From a virus (taxonomy: Duplodnaviria > Heunggongvirae > Uroviricota > Caudoviricetes), in the IMG/VR virus record IMGVR_UViG_3300042564_004805, positions 64,001-128,000 of that record: a stretch of 64,000 nucleotides of DNA. One strand, 5' to 3'. Numbering within the stretch: the first letter of the stretch is position 1; each line of letters begins with the position of its first letter. The notes beneath the pieces are model-generated. The model did not search any database and was not told where the DNA came from. It was given only the letters and a program-made list of their open reading frames with translations. Positions 33,497-43,402 of this stretch are shown here, piece after piece. Position numbers and translations under genes: made by a program.

Positions 33497-35097
33497 TGTG
33501 ATTTCTCCAAAAGCTGTCCATTCAACATCAGTGCGGCAACGCTGTCATTGGTTTCAAAAAATCTCAAACTCTGTTCAGGAGTTTCCATAATGGGCTCTCC
33601 AGCGCCATTCAAGCTGGTGTTGCACAGCACAGGAACGCCTGTCAATTGATGGTAACAAGTGAGCAGTTGGTGCAACTGGGGATTTTGTTCAGCTGTAACA
33701 GTTTGCGGGCGTGCACTGTTGTCCACATGACACACTGCTGGAATCAGTTGCGGCTTCAGCACTTGTGCAGTGTAAAGCATGTAGGGGCTCGAGGGTATTG
33801 GCAAGGAGAACCAATCGTGGGCGTGTTCCTGCAACACCACAGGCGCAATAGGTCGAAACCATTCTCTGTTTTTCACTGCGAAATTTATTTTCTCACGCAT
33901 GTGATAGCTTTGTGCATCAGCCAAAAGACTTCTGTGGCCCAGTGCTCGAGGCCCATATTCGCTTCTGCCCCAGTGCCAGGCCACTATAGCTCCTTGAGCC
34001 AGTAGCTCACAAACTCTAGTGTAGTCCACAATGGAGGTAGTGTTTTGAGAAGGTCCCAAATAACATAAATTCTGCGGTTGATAATTTTGCCTTGGTAAGT
34101 CAAACAAATGGTGCGCTACCCAAAGAGCGGCGCCCACCGCATTGCCGTCATCGCCACATGCAGGAAAGTGATGAATGCCCTCCCAAAGCTTGCTTTCAGC
34201 TATCCGGCTGTTCAAGATGCAGTTCAGCATGCTGCCACCACTGAGGCATAACTGTCGTTGCGGATAAATTTGGTGCAGTGTAGCTAGTGTTTCCAGAACA
34301 CTCTTCTCCAGTAGCTCTTGAATAGTAGCAGCCAAATCACTGCTTTCCTTGTGTGTGAGCTCATGTGGGTGCTTGGCAATGAGTTTTTCCCACACATTGC
34401 TCCAGAACTTCCTGTATTCCAACTCAGCGTGTTCTTGAACACTGAACCATTGTTTTTTCAAAATCTCATCAAAAATAGGGCCAGTGAGTGATTTACCATA
34501 ACTGCTGAGTCCCATGGTGGTGCCTGCCTTGCTGTAGGCTGGGGAGAAACCCAACAGCTCGGTGAAGATGGCATACCCAATACCTGAGATGAGTGTTGGG
34601 CACATTTGAGCTTGAAGCTTAGTGCCTTCACCAAAAAACACCATGTTGTTGTCGCCAAGTTCGCCAAAACTGCTGTCTAAGCTGAAACAAATGGCCTTAT
34701 CAAAATTGCTAGTGTAGTAGGCACTGCTGGCATGCGCCAAATGATGTGGCAGCACATACACTGGTATTTTGTGGCTGCCGAGGAAAACACCTGTAAGCGT
34801 TCGCACGTCGTTGTTGTAGAGTGAGTAGGCAGTTCTCTCCACAGTGTTGCCATCACTGTCATATAGTGCCAAGACACCGTTGCTGTGGTTGGCCTTGTAG
34901 TCAGCCAATGCTATGCAACTGATGTCCTCAGGTTTAAGTGAAGCTTCCTGAAGTATAGCCTCAATTGTTTTGTTGGTTACACCAAAAGCCTTTTTTTCTC
35001 TAGTAACACGTTCTGTTCCCAAAGCTGCTGTTAATCTGCCATTTTTCACAACTGCCACAGCACCGTCGTGAGAAAAATTCATTCCCAATATGTTCAT
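33493..35097 (-). CDS. O-carbamoyltransferase (NodU/CmcH family)
   Basis: HDGAVAVV..G, ERVTREK, HHLAHASSAYY.S.F, AGTTMGLSSYG, SGGSMLNCILN, GDDGNAVGAA, EYGPRALGHRSLL, KNREWFRPIAP and NTSLN..GEPI. Confidence 0.95.
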   Translation of the reverse strand: MNILGMNFSHDGAVAVVKNGRLTAALGTERVTREKKAFGVTNKTIEAILQEASLKPEDISCIALADYKANHSNGVLALYDSDGNTVERTAYSLYNNDVRTLTGVFLGSHKIPVYVLPHHLAHASSAYYTSNFDKAICFSLDSSFGELGDNNMVFFGEGTKLQAQMCPTLISGIGYAIFTELLGFSPAYSKAGTTMGLSSYGKSLTGPIFDEILKKQWFSVQEHAELEYRKFWSNVWEKLIAKHPHELTHKESSDLAATIQELLEKSVLETLATLHQIYPQRQLCLSGGSMLNCILNSRIAESKLWEGIHHFPACGDDGNAVGAALWVAHHLFDLPRQNYQPQNLCYLGPSQNTTSIVDYTRVCELLAQGAIVAWHWGRSEYGPRALGHRSLLADAQSYHMREKINFAVKNREWFRPIAPVVLQEHAHDWFSLPIPSSPYMLYTAQVLKPQLIPAVCHVDNSARPQTVTAEQNPQLHQLLTCYHQLTGVPVLCNTSLNGAGEPIMETPEQSLRFFETNDSVAALMLNGQLLEKSQ

Positions 35098-35100
35098 AAC

Positions 35101-35931
35101 TTAGTATAATAGCCATTTGTCCTGAGAAATCAAATAATCACGTAAATGTAAATATCCCTTCATCATGGTGTGAAATTTCAATAATTGCCCTTGCATGGTG
35201 TTTTTGTTGTAGTCAATTTTTTCCAAATGTTCAAAGTAGAAGAGGCATTCTTGTTCGCTGAGATACAAAGGTGCGTTGTACCAACCATGAAATCCCAATG
35301 CTGAGGTGTAACCAGTGAGCACTTCTGCACAGAATTTTAAGCTGATATGTGCTGGAGCGAATCGAATGTTGTAGGCAGTTTCAAGGTAATTCTGGTTGAG
35401 CAGTGTAATCACAGCATCCTCACTGATGAAGGGCGTGTTGTGATTGGGGGTGTAGTTCCGGGTTTTGATCTGGGGATCTTCAGCTAGGATTTTGAGGAGG
35501 CGACGGCTTCGCAAGCTTAATCCTCCGCCACAGGTGAACCAATCTGCGTTTTTAAATTCTTGGTAGTGGCCACTGGCTTGCAGGCTGCCTTTCATTGGCG
35601 GAAATTCAGGATGCGAGAGGCTGCCCACGTAATCATATTCAAAATATTCATCAGTCCAGGCTTTGGGGTTTGTGGCTATGCCATCATAGTGTGCTATCAA
35701 CACAAAATCAGTGTTGATGTAGCTGTGCATGCTCTTGAGGCAGAAATCACAGTATTCCAGCATGCCAAAGTTTTCTGGAATTGGATATTGTGTATGGGGT
35801 TGTGCAAGAGTTAATGGTTGATCTGACACCACAATTGTGGTGGTGATCGGTGTAGAGGCAAGGGTTTTTTGAAGTGAGAAACTAGTGAGTTCGTGCTGGA
35901 TGTTTGTGATGGTGAATAGAGTAAGGGTCAT
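35101..35931 (-). CDS. DUF5672-like (GT-A-like) protein
   Basis: VLI...DG...NP.AW.DEY..YDYVG, GGGLSLRS, EDAVI and ALGFHG. Confidence 0.7.
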   Translation of the reverse strand: MTLTLFTITNIQHELTSFSLQKTLASTPITTTIVVSDQPLTLAQPHTQYPIPENFGMLEYCDFCLKSMHSYINTDFVLIAHYDGIATNPKAWTDEYFEYDYVGSLSHPEFPPMKGSLQASGHYQEFKNADWFTCGGGLSLRSRRLLKILAEDPQIKTRNYTPNHNTPFISEDAVITLLNQNYLETAYNIRFAPAHISLKFCAEVLTGYTSALGFHGWYNAPLYLSEQECLFYFEHLEKIDYNKNTMQGQLLKFHTMMKGYLHLRDYLISQDKWLLY

Positions 35932-35963
35932 CCAGTAAGCTTAGTTGGCGATTTGACTGTGTG

Positions 35964-37313
35964 CTAGTTATAGCACTGGAGAATTGCAGCCGTCATGGAA
36001 CCGGCCGAAGTTTGACACCACGCGGTGCTGCTGCTTATTTCTCTCACCGGACTTGAGCGATTGGTAACAGTGTTATCTCCTAACACACCGCAATCGTTAA
36101 ATCCCCAAGTCCAAAGTGTGCCATCTGTCTTTATTGCAGTGTTGTGATTACTACCAGCTGAAGTTTGACACCAAGTGGTGGAATTGGTGATTTCTCTCCC
36201 TGGACTTGATAGTAGACCTGTGTTGTTGATTCCTAACTGCCCACACTGGTTAAATCCCCAACTCCAAAGTGTGCCATCTGTTTTTATTGCACTAGTCCAG
36301 GCGCTTGCCGAAGTTTGACACCAAGTGGTGCTGCTGCTTATTTCTCTCACCGGACTTGAGCGATTGGTAACAGTGTTATCTCCCAACTGCCCACACCTAT
36401 TACACCCCCAACTCCAAAGTGTGCCATCTGTCTTTACTGCACTGATGGTAATACCTTTACCAGCTGATGTTTGACGCCAAGTGGTGGAACTGGTGATTTC
36501 CCTTACAGGACTTGAGCGATTGGTAACAGTGGTGTCTCCTAACATACCGCAATAGTTATTTCCCCAACTCCAAAGTGTACCATCTGTTTTTAATGCACTG
36601 GTGTGAAAACTACCACTTGATGTTTGACACCAAGTGGTTGAACTGGTGATTTCTCTCACTGGACTTGAGCGACTTGTAACAGTGTTATCTCCCAATCTGC
36701 CACACCCGTTATATCCCCAAGTCCAAAGTGTACCATCTGTTTTTAATGCACTGTTGTGAGAATTACCAGCTGAAGTTTGACACCAAGTAGTTGAACTGGT
36801 GATTTCCCTTACAGGACTTGAGCGACTTGTAACAGTGTTGACTCCCAACTGACCCTGGACATTGTATCCCCAAGTCCACAGTGTGCTATCTGTTTTTATT
36901 GCACTAGTGAAGGCGCTGCCTGCCGAAGTTTGACACCAAGTGACAGAACTGGTGATTTCTCTCACTGGACTTGAGCGACTTGTAACAGTGTTGTCTCCTA
37001 ACGGACCGCATATATTACGACCCCAAGTCCACATCTGTCTAAGAGGCCAATCTCGACGTAAAACCCTACCATCCAATCCCACCCATGAAGTACAAGTGGA
37101 TATTACAGGTACACAAATACTTTTGACAAAAACTGTTTGACCAAAACCTATGCACTTTGTAGCTAGGTCAGGTAAGTCTGATACTGTGTTAACAACAAAA
37201 CTAATGCCAACTCCAGCAGCACTGGTTTGGGCTGCTAACAAAGGAAAACAAACACTGTCGCAAGCAGTTATTAATGAGTCAATACTAGTTTGGATTTCAG
37301 AGGGTGTTGGCAT
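35964..37313 (-). CDS. RCC1-repeat beta-propeller protein, N-terminus type A
   Basis: About seven 52-aa repeats: W[ST]WG.N..G.LGDNT...RSSPVREI.SSTTWCQTSAG..H..A.KTDG. Confidence 0.9.
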   Translation of the reverse strand: MPTPSEIQTSIDSLITACDSVCFPLLAAQTSAAGVGISFVVNTVSDLPDLATKCIGFGQTVFVKSICVPVISTCTSWVGLDGRVLRRDWPLRQMWTWGRNICGPLGDNTVTSRSSPVREITSSVTWCQTSAGSAFTSAIKTDSTLWTWGYNVQGQLGVNTVTSRSSPVREITSSTTWCQTSAGNSHNSALKTDGTLWTWGYNGCGRLGDNTVTSRSSPVREITSSTTWCQTSSGSFHTSALKTDGTLWSWGNNYCGMLGDTTVTNRSSPVREITSSTTWRQTSAGKGITISAVKTDGTLWSWGCNRCGQLGDNTVTNRSSPVREISSSTTWCQTSASAWTSAIKTDGTLWSWGFNQCGQLGINNTGLLSSPGREITNSTTWCQTSAGSNHNTAIKTDGTLWTWGFNDCGVLGDNTVTNRSSPVREISSSTAWCQTSAGSMTAAILQCYN

Positions 37314-37326
37314 GTTCTGTCTCCAT

Positions 37327-38667
37327 TTACTTCAAGGCACTGGTGTGAAAACCACCAGCTGATGTTTGACGCCAAGTGGTGGAACTGGTGATTTCCCTTA
37401 CAGGACTTGAGCGATTGGTAACAGTGGTGTCTCCCAACTGACCAGAGCCATTGCCGCCCCAAGTCCAAAGTGTGCCATATATTTTTAATGCACTGGTATG
37501 TATCCACCCGACAGAAGTTTGACACCAAGTGGTGGAACTGGTGATTTCCCTTACAGGACTTGAGCGATTGGTAACAGTGGTGTCTCCCAACTGACCAGAG
37601 CCATTGTATCCCCAAGTCCACAGGGAGCCATCTGTTTTTATTGCAGCGGTATGGATACCAGCTGAAGTTCGACACCAATTGGTGCTGTTGGTAATTTCTA
37701 TGTTTGGATTTGAACTATTAGTGATGGTGTTGTTTCCCAGCTGGCCCGACCCGTTTTCTCCCCAAGTCCAAAGTGTGCCATTTGTTTTTATTGCAGCAGT
37801 ATTCGTAGGGCCTGCTGAAGTTTGACACCAAGTGGTTGAACTGCTACTTTCTCTCACTGGACTTGACTTAGCCGTAACAGTGTTGTCTCCCAACTGACCC
37901 CAACCGTTCCAGCCCCAAGTCCAAAGTGTGCCATCTGTTTTTAATGCACTGGTATGGCTGCCGCTGTTAAACCCGCCTGACGAAGTTTGACACCAAGTAG
38001 TTGAGCTGGTGATTTCTCTCACTGGGCTTGAGCGACTAGTGACAGTGTTGTTTCCCAGCGTACCACAGGATGCATTTCCCCAACTCCAAAGTGTGCTATC
38101 TGTTTTCAATGCGCTTGTGTGGGCATTACCAGCTGAAGTTTGACACCAAGTGGTTGAGCTTGTGATTTCCCTTACAGGACTTGAGCGACTTGTAACAGTG
38201 TTATCTCCCAACTGACCAGAGACATTGTAGCCCCAAGTCCACAGTGTGCTATCTGTTTTTATTGCACTAGTCCTACCACCGTTGGCAGCGGCGGCTGAAG
38301 TTTGACACCAAGTGGTGGAACTGGTGATTTCTCTCACTGGACTTGAGCGACTAGTGACAGTGTTGTCTCCTAACCGACCACACCCGTTAAAGCCCCAACT
38401 CCAAATTTGGTTTAGGGGAGTAGTACCTATAACACCCCATCCCGTAACTGTGGCCACATACAGTGAGGTATTCAACACAACATAATACAATTCACCCACA
38501 TTTGCGGCGGCTGTTGGTAAATCAGTCACTGCGTTCACCACATACACCTTGCCGCTTCTCAACTGCTGCAATACCTTGCTGTAGTAAAACAAATCCTGCT
38601 CATTAGTAGTGCTGGATATTTTTTGCTGCATTGTGAACACTAGATTAGCTACATTGATGGTAGACAT
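37327..38667 (-). CDS. RCC1-repeat beta-propeller protein, N-terminus type B
   Basis: Same repeat; N-term QQKI..DLFYYSKVLQQLRSG..LPTAAANVGELYYV. Confidence 0.9.
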   Translation of the reverse strand: MSTINVANLVFTMQQKISSTTNEQDLFYYSKVLQQLRSGKVYVVNAVTDLPTAAANVGELYYVVLNTSLYVATVTGWGVIGTTPLNQIWSWGFNGCGRLGDNTVTSRSSPVREITSSTTWCQTSAAAANGGRTSAIKTDSTLWTWGYNVSGQLGDNTVTSRSSPVREITSSTTWCQTSAGNAHTSALKTDSTLWSWGNASCGTLGNNTVTSRSSPVREITSSTTWCQTSSGGFNSGSHTSALKTDGTLWTWGWNGWGQLGDNTVTAKSSPVRESSSSTTWCQTSAGPTNTAAIKTNGTLWTWGENGSGQLGNNTITNSSNPNIEITNSTNWCRTSAGIHTAAIKTDGSLWTWGYNGSGQLGDTTVTNRSSPVREITSSTTWCQTSVGWIHTSALKIYGTLWTWGGNGSGQLGDTTVTNRSSPVREITSSTTWRQTSAGGFHTSALK

Positions 38668-40028
38668 CAAAGGAATCCTTTGCAGGTTAGGATTTTTAAG
38701 GCACTAATATGGGCAGATGCCGAAGTTTGAAACCAAGTAGTAAAACTGCTGATTTCTCTTACTGGACTTGAGCGACCAGTTGTTGTGTTGTCTCCCAACT
38801 GACCATACTGGTTCCGGCCCCAATTCCAAAGTGAACCATCGGTTTTCAATGCACTGACTGTCTGATTTCTGGAAGTTGAGGTTCGACACCAATTATTGCT
38901 GCTGGTGATTTCTCGCCCTGGTACTCCAGTACATGCGGTGGTGTTGTTTCCCAACACACCACAACTGCCGTACCCCCAGGTCCAAAGTGTGCCATCTGTT
39001 TTTACTGCGGTGCCGGCATTGGAACCTGAGGCAGTTTGACACCAAGAAGTACTAGAGAGGGCTTCTCTCACTGGACTTGATCTATTGGTTGAGGTTCCGT
39101 CTCCCAATGTACCGCAGAAATTGCGTCCCCAAACCCACAATGTGGAGTCTGTTTTCACTGCACTGGATACTTGACTTCCAGGGGAAGTTTGGCACCAATT
39201 GGTGGAACTGGTGATTTCTCTCACTGGACTTGACCGCGTATTGGTGGAGTTGTCTCCTAACTGACCCCAAATACCACATCCCCAAGTCCATAGTGAACCA
39301 TCTGTTTTAACTGCACTAGCTATGCTCGCACCAAAGGCAATTTGGCACCAATTGCTGCTGCTGCTGATTTCTCTTACCGGACTTGAGCGACTTGTTGTTG
39401 TGTTATCGCCCAACTGCCCACAGAGATTGAGTCCCCACACCCAAAGTGTGCCATCAGTTTTTATTGCACTAGTGGGACTATTACTACCAGCCGCAGTTTG
39501 GCACCAATTACTGCTGCTGCTGATTTCTCTTACGGGACTTGAGCGACTTGTTGTTGTGTTGTCTCCTAACGAACCACCCGTGTTATAGCCCCAACTCCAA
39601 AGCGAGCCATCTGTTTTTATTGCACTGGTGTGACCACCACCAGCCGAAGTTTGACACCAATTGCCGCTGTTGCTGATTTCTCTCACCGGACTTGACCGAC
39701 AAGTAACAGTGTTGTCTCCCAACTGACCAAACCCATTGGCTCCCCAAGAAAAAACGCTGGGTTCAACACGCTGCACGATGCTTCGAAAGTCTGTTGTCCA
39801 ACAAATGCCATCACTGACGCGATACTGGCAAGTGTCTTGTAGATACACCATCCTTCCTTGATTCAAGGTCGCAGTGGGCAAAGCAGCGAGATTGGAAAAA
39901 GAAACCACTGCTTGAGTGTCGAGAATACATTGTGCACCCTGCAACTGACAACAGCTTAATGGAGTAAGCCCACCTGCTGCCAAACGTGAAGTAATTTGTG
40001 TTTGTAGTGTTTTTGCTGATGTGGTCAT
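38667..40028 (-). CDS. RCC1-repeat beta-propeller protein, N-terminus type C
   Basis: Same repeat; N-term ..LPTATLNQGRMVYLQDTCQYRVSDGICWTTDF. Confidence 0.9.
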   Translation of the reverse strand: MTTSAKTLQTQITSRLAAGGLTPLSCCQLQGAQCILDTQAVVSFSNLAALPTATLNQGRMVYLQDTCQYRVSDGICWTTDFRSIVQRVEPSVFSWGANGFGQLGDNTVTCRSSPVREISNSGNWCQTSAGGGHTSAIKTDGSLWSWGYNTGGSLGDNTTTSRSSPVREISSSSNWCQTAAGSNSPTSAIKTDGTLWVWGLNLCGQLGDNTTTSRSSPVREISSSSNWCQIAFGASIASAVKTDGSLWTWGCGIWGQLGDNSTNTRSSPVREITSSTNWCQTSPGSQVSSAVKTDSTLWVWGRNFCGTLGDGTSTNRSSPVREALSSTSWCQTASGSNAGTAVKTDGTLWTWGYGSCGVLGNNTTACTGVPGREITSSNNWCRTSTSRNQTVSALKTDGSLWNWGRNQYGQLGDNTTTGRSSPVREISSFTTWFQTSASAHISALKILTCKGFL

Positions 40029-40029
40029 G

Positions 40030-41403
40030 TTATTGCGGAACAACTAATATAGTTTTAATAGCACTAGTATCCACTTTACCAGCCGAAGTTTGACACCAAG
40101 TGGTGCTGCTGGTGATTTCTCTCACTGGACTTGATCGATTGGTAATAGTGTTGTCTCCCAACTGACCACACAAATTGCCTCCCCAAGTCCAAAGTGTACC
40201 ATCTGTTTTTAATGCACTGTTATTGACACAACCAGCCGAAGTTTGACACCAAGTGGTGCTGCTGGTGATTTCTCTCACTGGACTTGAGCGACCAGTTGTT
40301 GTGTTGTCTCCCAACTGACCACACCCGTTAGAGCCCCAACTCCAAAGAGCGCCATCTGTTTTTATTGCAGACGCGTGCCGATATCCAACTGATGTTTGAC
40401 ACCAAGTAGTGCTGCTGCTGGCTTCTCTCACTGGACTTGACCGGTTTGTTGTTGTGTTGTCTCCCAACTGCAAACCTCCTCCCCAACTCCAAAGTGTGCC
40501 GTCTTTTTTTATAGCACTAGTGCTTATACCACCAGCTGAAGTTTGACACCAAGTGGTGCTGCTGGTGATTTCTCTTACAGGACTTGACTTACTTGTAGCA
40601 GTGTTGTCTCCCAATCGACCATAGCCGCCGGAGCCCCAACTCCAAAGTGTGCCATCTGTTTTTACTGCACTGGCAGTATAATTACTGGATGCTGTTTGAC
40701 ACCAAGTGGTGCTGCTGGTGATTTCTCTTACTGGGCTTGAGCGATTGGTAATAGTGTTGTCTCCCAACTGACCAGAGGCATTGCTGCCCCAACTCCAAAG
40801 TGAACCATCTGTTTTTATTGCATGTGTACTTCTGTTATCAGACGTAGTTTGACACCAAGTGGTGCTGCTGGTGATTTCTCTTACAGGACTTGACTTACTT
40901 GTAGCAGTGTTGTCTCCCAATCGACCGTAGTTGCCTCTGCCCCAACTCCAAAGTGTGCCATCTGTTTTTAATGCACTGGTATGATAAAAGCCAGCTGAAG
41001 TTTGACACCAAGTGGTGCTGCTGGTGATTTCTCTTACTGGGCTTGAGCGATTGGTAATAGTGTTGTCTCCCAATCGACCGTTGTTGTTGCCGCCCCAACT
41101 CCAAAGAGCTCCTCCCACTGTAGGAGTGAAATTCCTGCCATCAAAACCAATCCAACAGCCATTGAGGCTCACTACGGGCACAAGTGCATCGCACAAAAAA
41201 ACAACATGCCCATTTGGTAACCCAGTTGAACAACTGCAACCAAATAAGGTATCTATGCTGATGAAACTACTCCGATTACTGTCAACAGCGTCTTGTGATG
41301 CTGCTGCTAACACCACATCCATACTGCATGTGAGTGTGCCACTTGAGCATATTTCGCTCACCACAGAGTTGAGAAGTGTTGCACAGCAGAGGTTATTGGC
41401 CAT
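40030..41403 (-). CDS. RCC1-repeat beta-propeller protein, N-terminus type A
   Basis: Same repeat; N-term ..GHVVFLCDALVPVVSLNGCWIGFDGR. Confidence 0.9.
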   Translation of the reverse strand: MANNLCCATLLNSVVSEICSSGTLTCSMDVVLAAASQDAVDSNRSSFISIDTLFGCSCSTGLPNGHVVFLCDALVPVVSLNGCWIGFDGRNFTPTVGGALWSWGGNNNGRLGDNTITNRSSPVREITSSTTWCQTSAGFYHTSALKTDGTLWSWGRGNYGRLGDNTATSKSSPVREITSSTTWCQTTSDNRSTHAIKTDGSLWSWGSNASGQLGDNTITNRSSPVREITSSTTWCQTASSNYTASAVKTDGTLWSWGSGGYGRLGDNTATSKSSPVREITSSTTWCQTSAGGISTSAIKKDGTLWSWGGGLQLGDNTTTNRSSPVREASSSTTWCQTSVGYRHASAIKTDGALWSWGSNGCGQLGDNTTTGRSSPVREITSSTTWCQTSAGCVNNSALKTDGTLWTWGGNLCGQLGDNTITNRSSPVREITSSTTWCQTSAGKVDTSAIKTILVVPQ

Positions 41404-41414
41404 CTTGCGCTTCC

Positions 41415-42065
41415 TTAACCACCACTCACTAGATTGGGCACGTTGCCTACCACTAACACTTCCAACTCCTCTATAGTGGTTGAGGCAGTGATTTCATCAT
41501 CTTTGAGTTTTTCCCAGTCAAATGTGGCTTGAATATGCGCTGCACCAGCAGCGACGCATTGGCCTAATTCATCTTTTGTGAGAGTGAGCCAAGTTTCCGG
41601 AAACTTCCAATTCACTGTTTCATCAGTTGCCATAAGAGAGTATTTTTGCACAAAAATGTTCCTACCTTCTCTGCTAGTGTCAATAGTAACTTTTTTACCT
41701 TGTATCACAGTGTGTGTGCCACCCACTTCAGCAGTGTAGCGATTGGCTTGTGCCTCGTCTCGCAACTGAGCTTGTATCTCCCAAATTTGCTTGTATTTGA
41801 TCTCAAATGTACCAACGGCAATTGCAGGATTAGTGAAATCCCAGAACGGACCATAATAGGTTTGTGTTCGAGAGTTATGATCGGGTATCACCAGCTGTGC
41901 TGTGGTCAAATAGGTGGCATCGTCTATCACAATAGGAACGGTTTCAGGGTCATTGCGCGGCAGCAATGCTGAAATCTTAAGGCGGTCCAGACCGCCTTCA
42001 AACATTGGCCTATTCCAACTCATTGGACCTACCAACACTCTTTCGTTATGTACTAACACATACAT
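41415..42065 (-). CDS. DUF4376-like tail-fibre assembly/adaptor protein
   Basis: RYTAEVGG..I.G..V.IDTSRE.R, VNWKF..W..LT..EL......HIQATFDWE. Confidence 0.65.
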   Translation of the reverse strand: MYVLVHNERVLVGPMSWNRPMFEGGLDRLKISALLPRNDPETVPIVIDDATYLTTAQLVIPDHNSRTQTYYGPFWDFTNPAIAVGTFEIKYKQIWEIQAQLRDEAQANRYTAEVGGTHTVIQGKKVTIDTSREGRNIFVQKYSLMATDETVNWKFPETWLTLTKDELGQCVAAGAAHIQATFDWEKLKDDEITASTTIEELEVLVVGNVPNLVSGG

Positions 42066-42082
42066 ATTTTATTCCTTTTATC

Positions 42083-43402
42083 TTAAATTGTTTGCCGGGC
42101 TACAGTAAACAGGCCCTGTCCTATGCTAACTTCACTCCAGGAGCTTGAACTGGATATTTCACGTATAGGCAATAAACTTCTGATTGTAGAGTTGTTACCA
42201 AGTTGGCCACAATTGTTATTACCCCACATCCATAAAGTGCTTGCGGTTGTTAAAGCGCCACTTCTGCCAAAGCCGGCAGTGACTTGGCACCAATTGGTTG
42301 CACTTGTTGCTTCCTGAATTGGTGAGCTCCTGGATACAGTAGAGTTGTCTCCTAAAGCACCACAAGCGTTGCAACCCCATGCCCATAGTGTGTTAGTTGT
42401 TTTTAAGGCAATAGAGTGAGCAAACCCAGCGGAAGTTTGACACCAAGTGGTGGAGCTACTTATCTCTTGAACGGGACTTGATACATTGCTAGTGCTATTA
42501 TTGCCAAATTTGCCACACTCGTTTGACCCCCATCCCCATAAAGTACCACTTGTTTTGAGTGCTAGGGTACCGTAGAGGCCGGCAGAAACTTGACACCAAT
42601 TGGTTGAACTGGAAATTTCTCGCACAGGACTAGACCTATTAGACAGATTGCATGTGCCCAGTTGCCCAGTCCCATTATTTCCCCAACCCCAAAGGGTTCC
42701 ATCTGTTTTTAGTGCAGCAGTATGCGAATATCCAGGTGAGGTTTGGCACCAAGTGGCACTGCTGCTGATTTCACGCACTGGGCTAGATTTGTTAACTATA
42801 GTGTTATCACCCACTTGGCCATATGTGTTCTTTCCCCATGCCCACAAACTGCCATCACTTTTAACACCAGACATTGTGTAAAAAGACGTACCTATTTGAC
42901 ACCAAGTTGTGCTGCTGGTGATTTCTCTTACAGGACTTGACTTACTGGTAACAGTGTTGTCTCCCAACTGACCACATACGTTATTGCCCCAAAGCCATAA
43001 GGAACTATCCTGTTTTAACCCCATTGAATTTACCGAACCAGCTCTGAGTTGCAGCCAGTTGCAGGAGCTTGTAATCTCTCTGACAGGACTTGATTGATTG
43101 GTTGTATTACTTGTGCCCAATTGTCCACAACTGTTTGACCCCCACGCCCAACCTGTGTTAGACTGTGATACAATAGGAATCCAAAATACAGAATTACTGA
43201 AAACTACTCTTTGAGCGTCTTCAACCAAATACAATTTACCATTGCTGGCTGATGCAGTAGGTAATAATTGAGAACAGGCTACAACAAACATAGCGCCTGT
43301 TCTCAGTTGTTGAATAGCCCGTGTATATGTGAGCAAATCTAGATTGTCGTTGCCTGCTGCGATTTTTTGGCTAAGGGCAAATTCAATTTGATTTAAGTTC
43401 AT
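42083..43402 (-). CDS. RCC1-repeat beta-propeller protein, N-terminus type B
   Basis: Same repeat, more diverged; N-term SQKI..DLLTYTRAIQQLRTG..LPTASASNGKLYLV. Confidence 0.9.
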   Translation of the reverse strand: MNLNQIEFALSQKIAAGNDNLDLLTYTRAIQQLRTGAMFVVACSQLLPTASASNGKLYLVEDAQRVVFSNSVFWIPIVSQSNTGWAWGSNSCGQLGTSNTTNQSSPVREITSSCNWLQLRAGSVNSMGLKQDSSLWLWGNNVCGQLGDNTVTSKSSPVREITSSTTWCQIGTSFYTMSGVKSDGSLWAWGKNTYGQVGDNTIVNKSSPVREISSSATWCQTSPGYSHTAALKTDGTLWGWGNNGTGQLGTCNLSNRSSPVREISSSTNWCQVSAGLYGTLALKTSGTLWGWGSNECGKFGNNSTSNVSSPVQEISSSTTWCQTSAGFAHSIALKTTNTLWAWGCNACGALGDNSTVSRSSPIQEATSATNWCQVTAGFGRSGALTTASTLWMWGNNNCGQLGNNSTIRSLLPIREISSSSSWSEVSIGQGLFTVARQTI

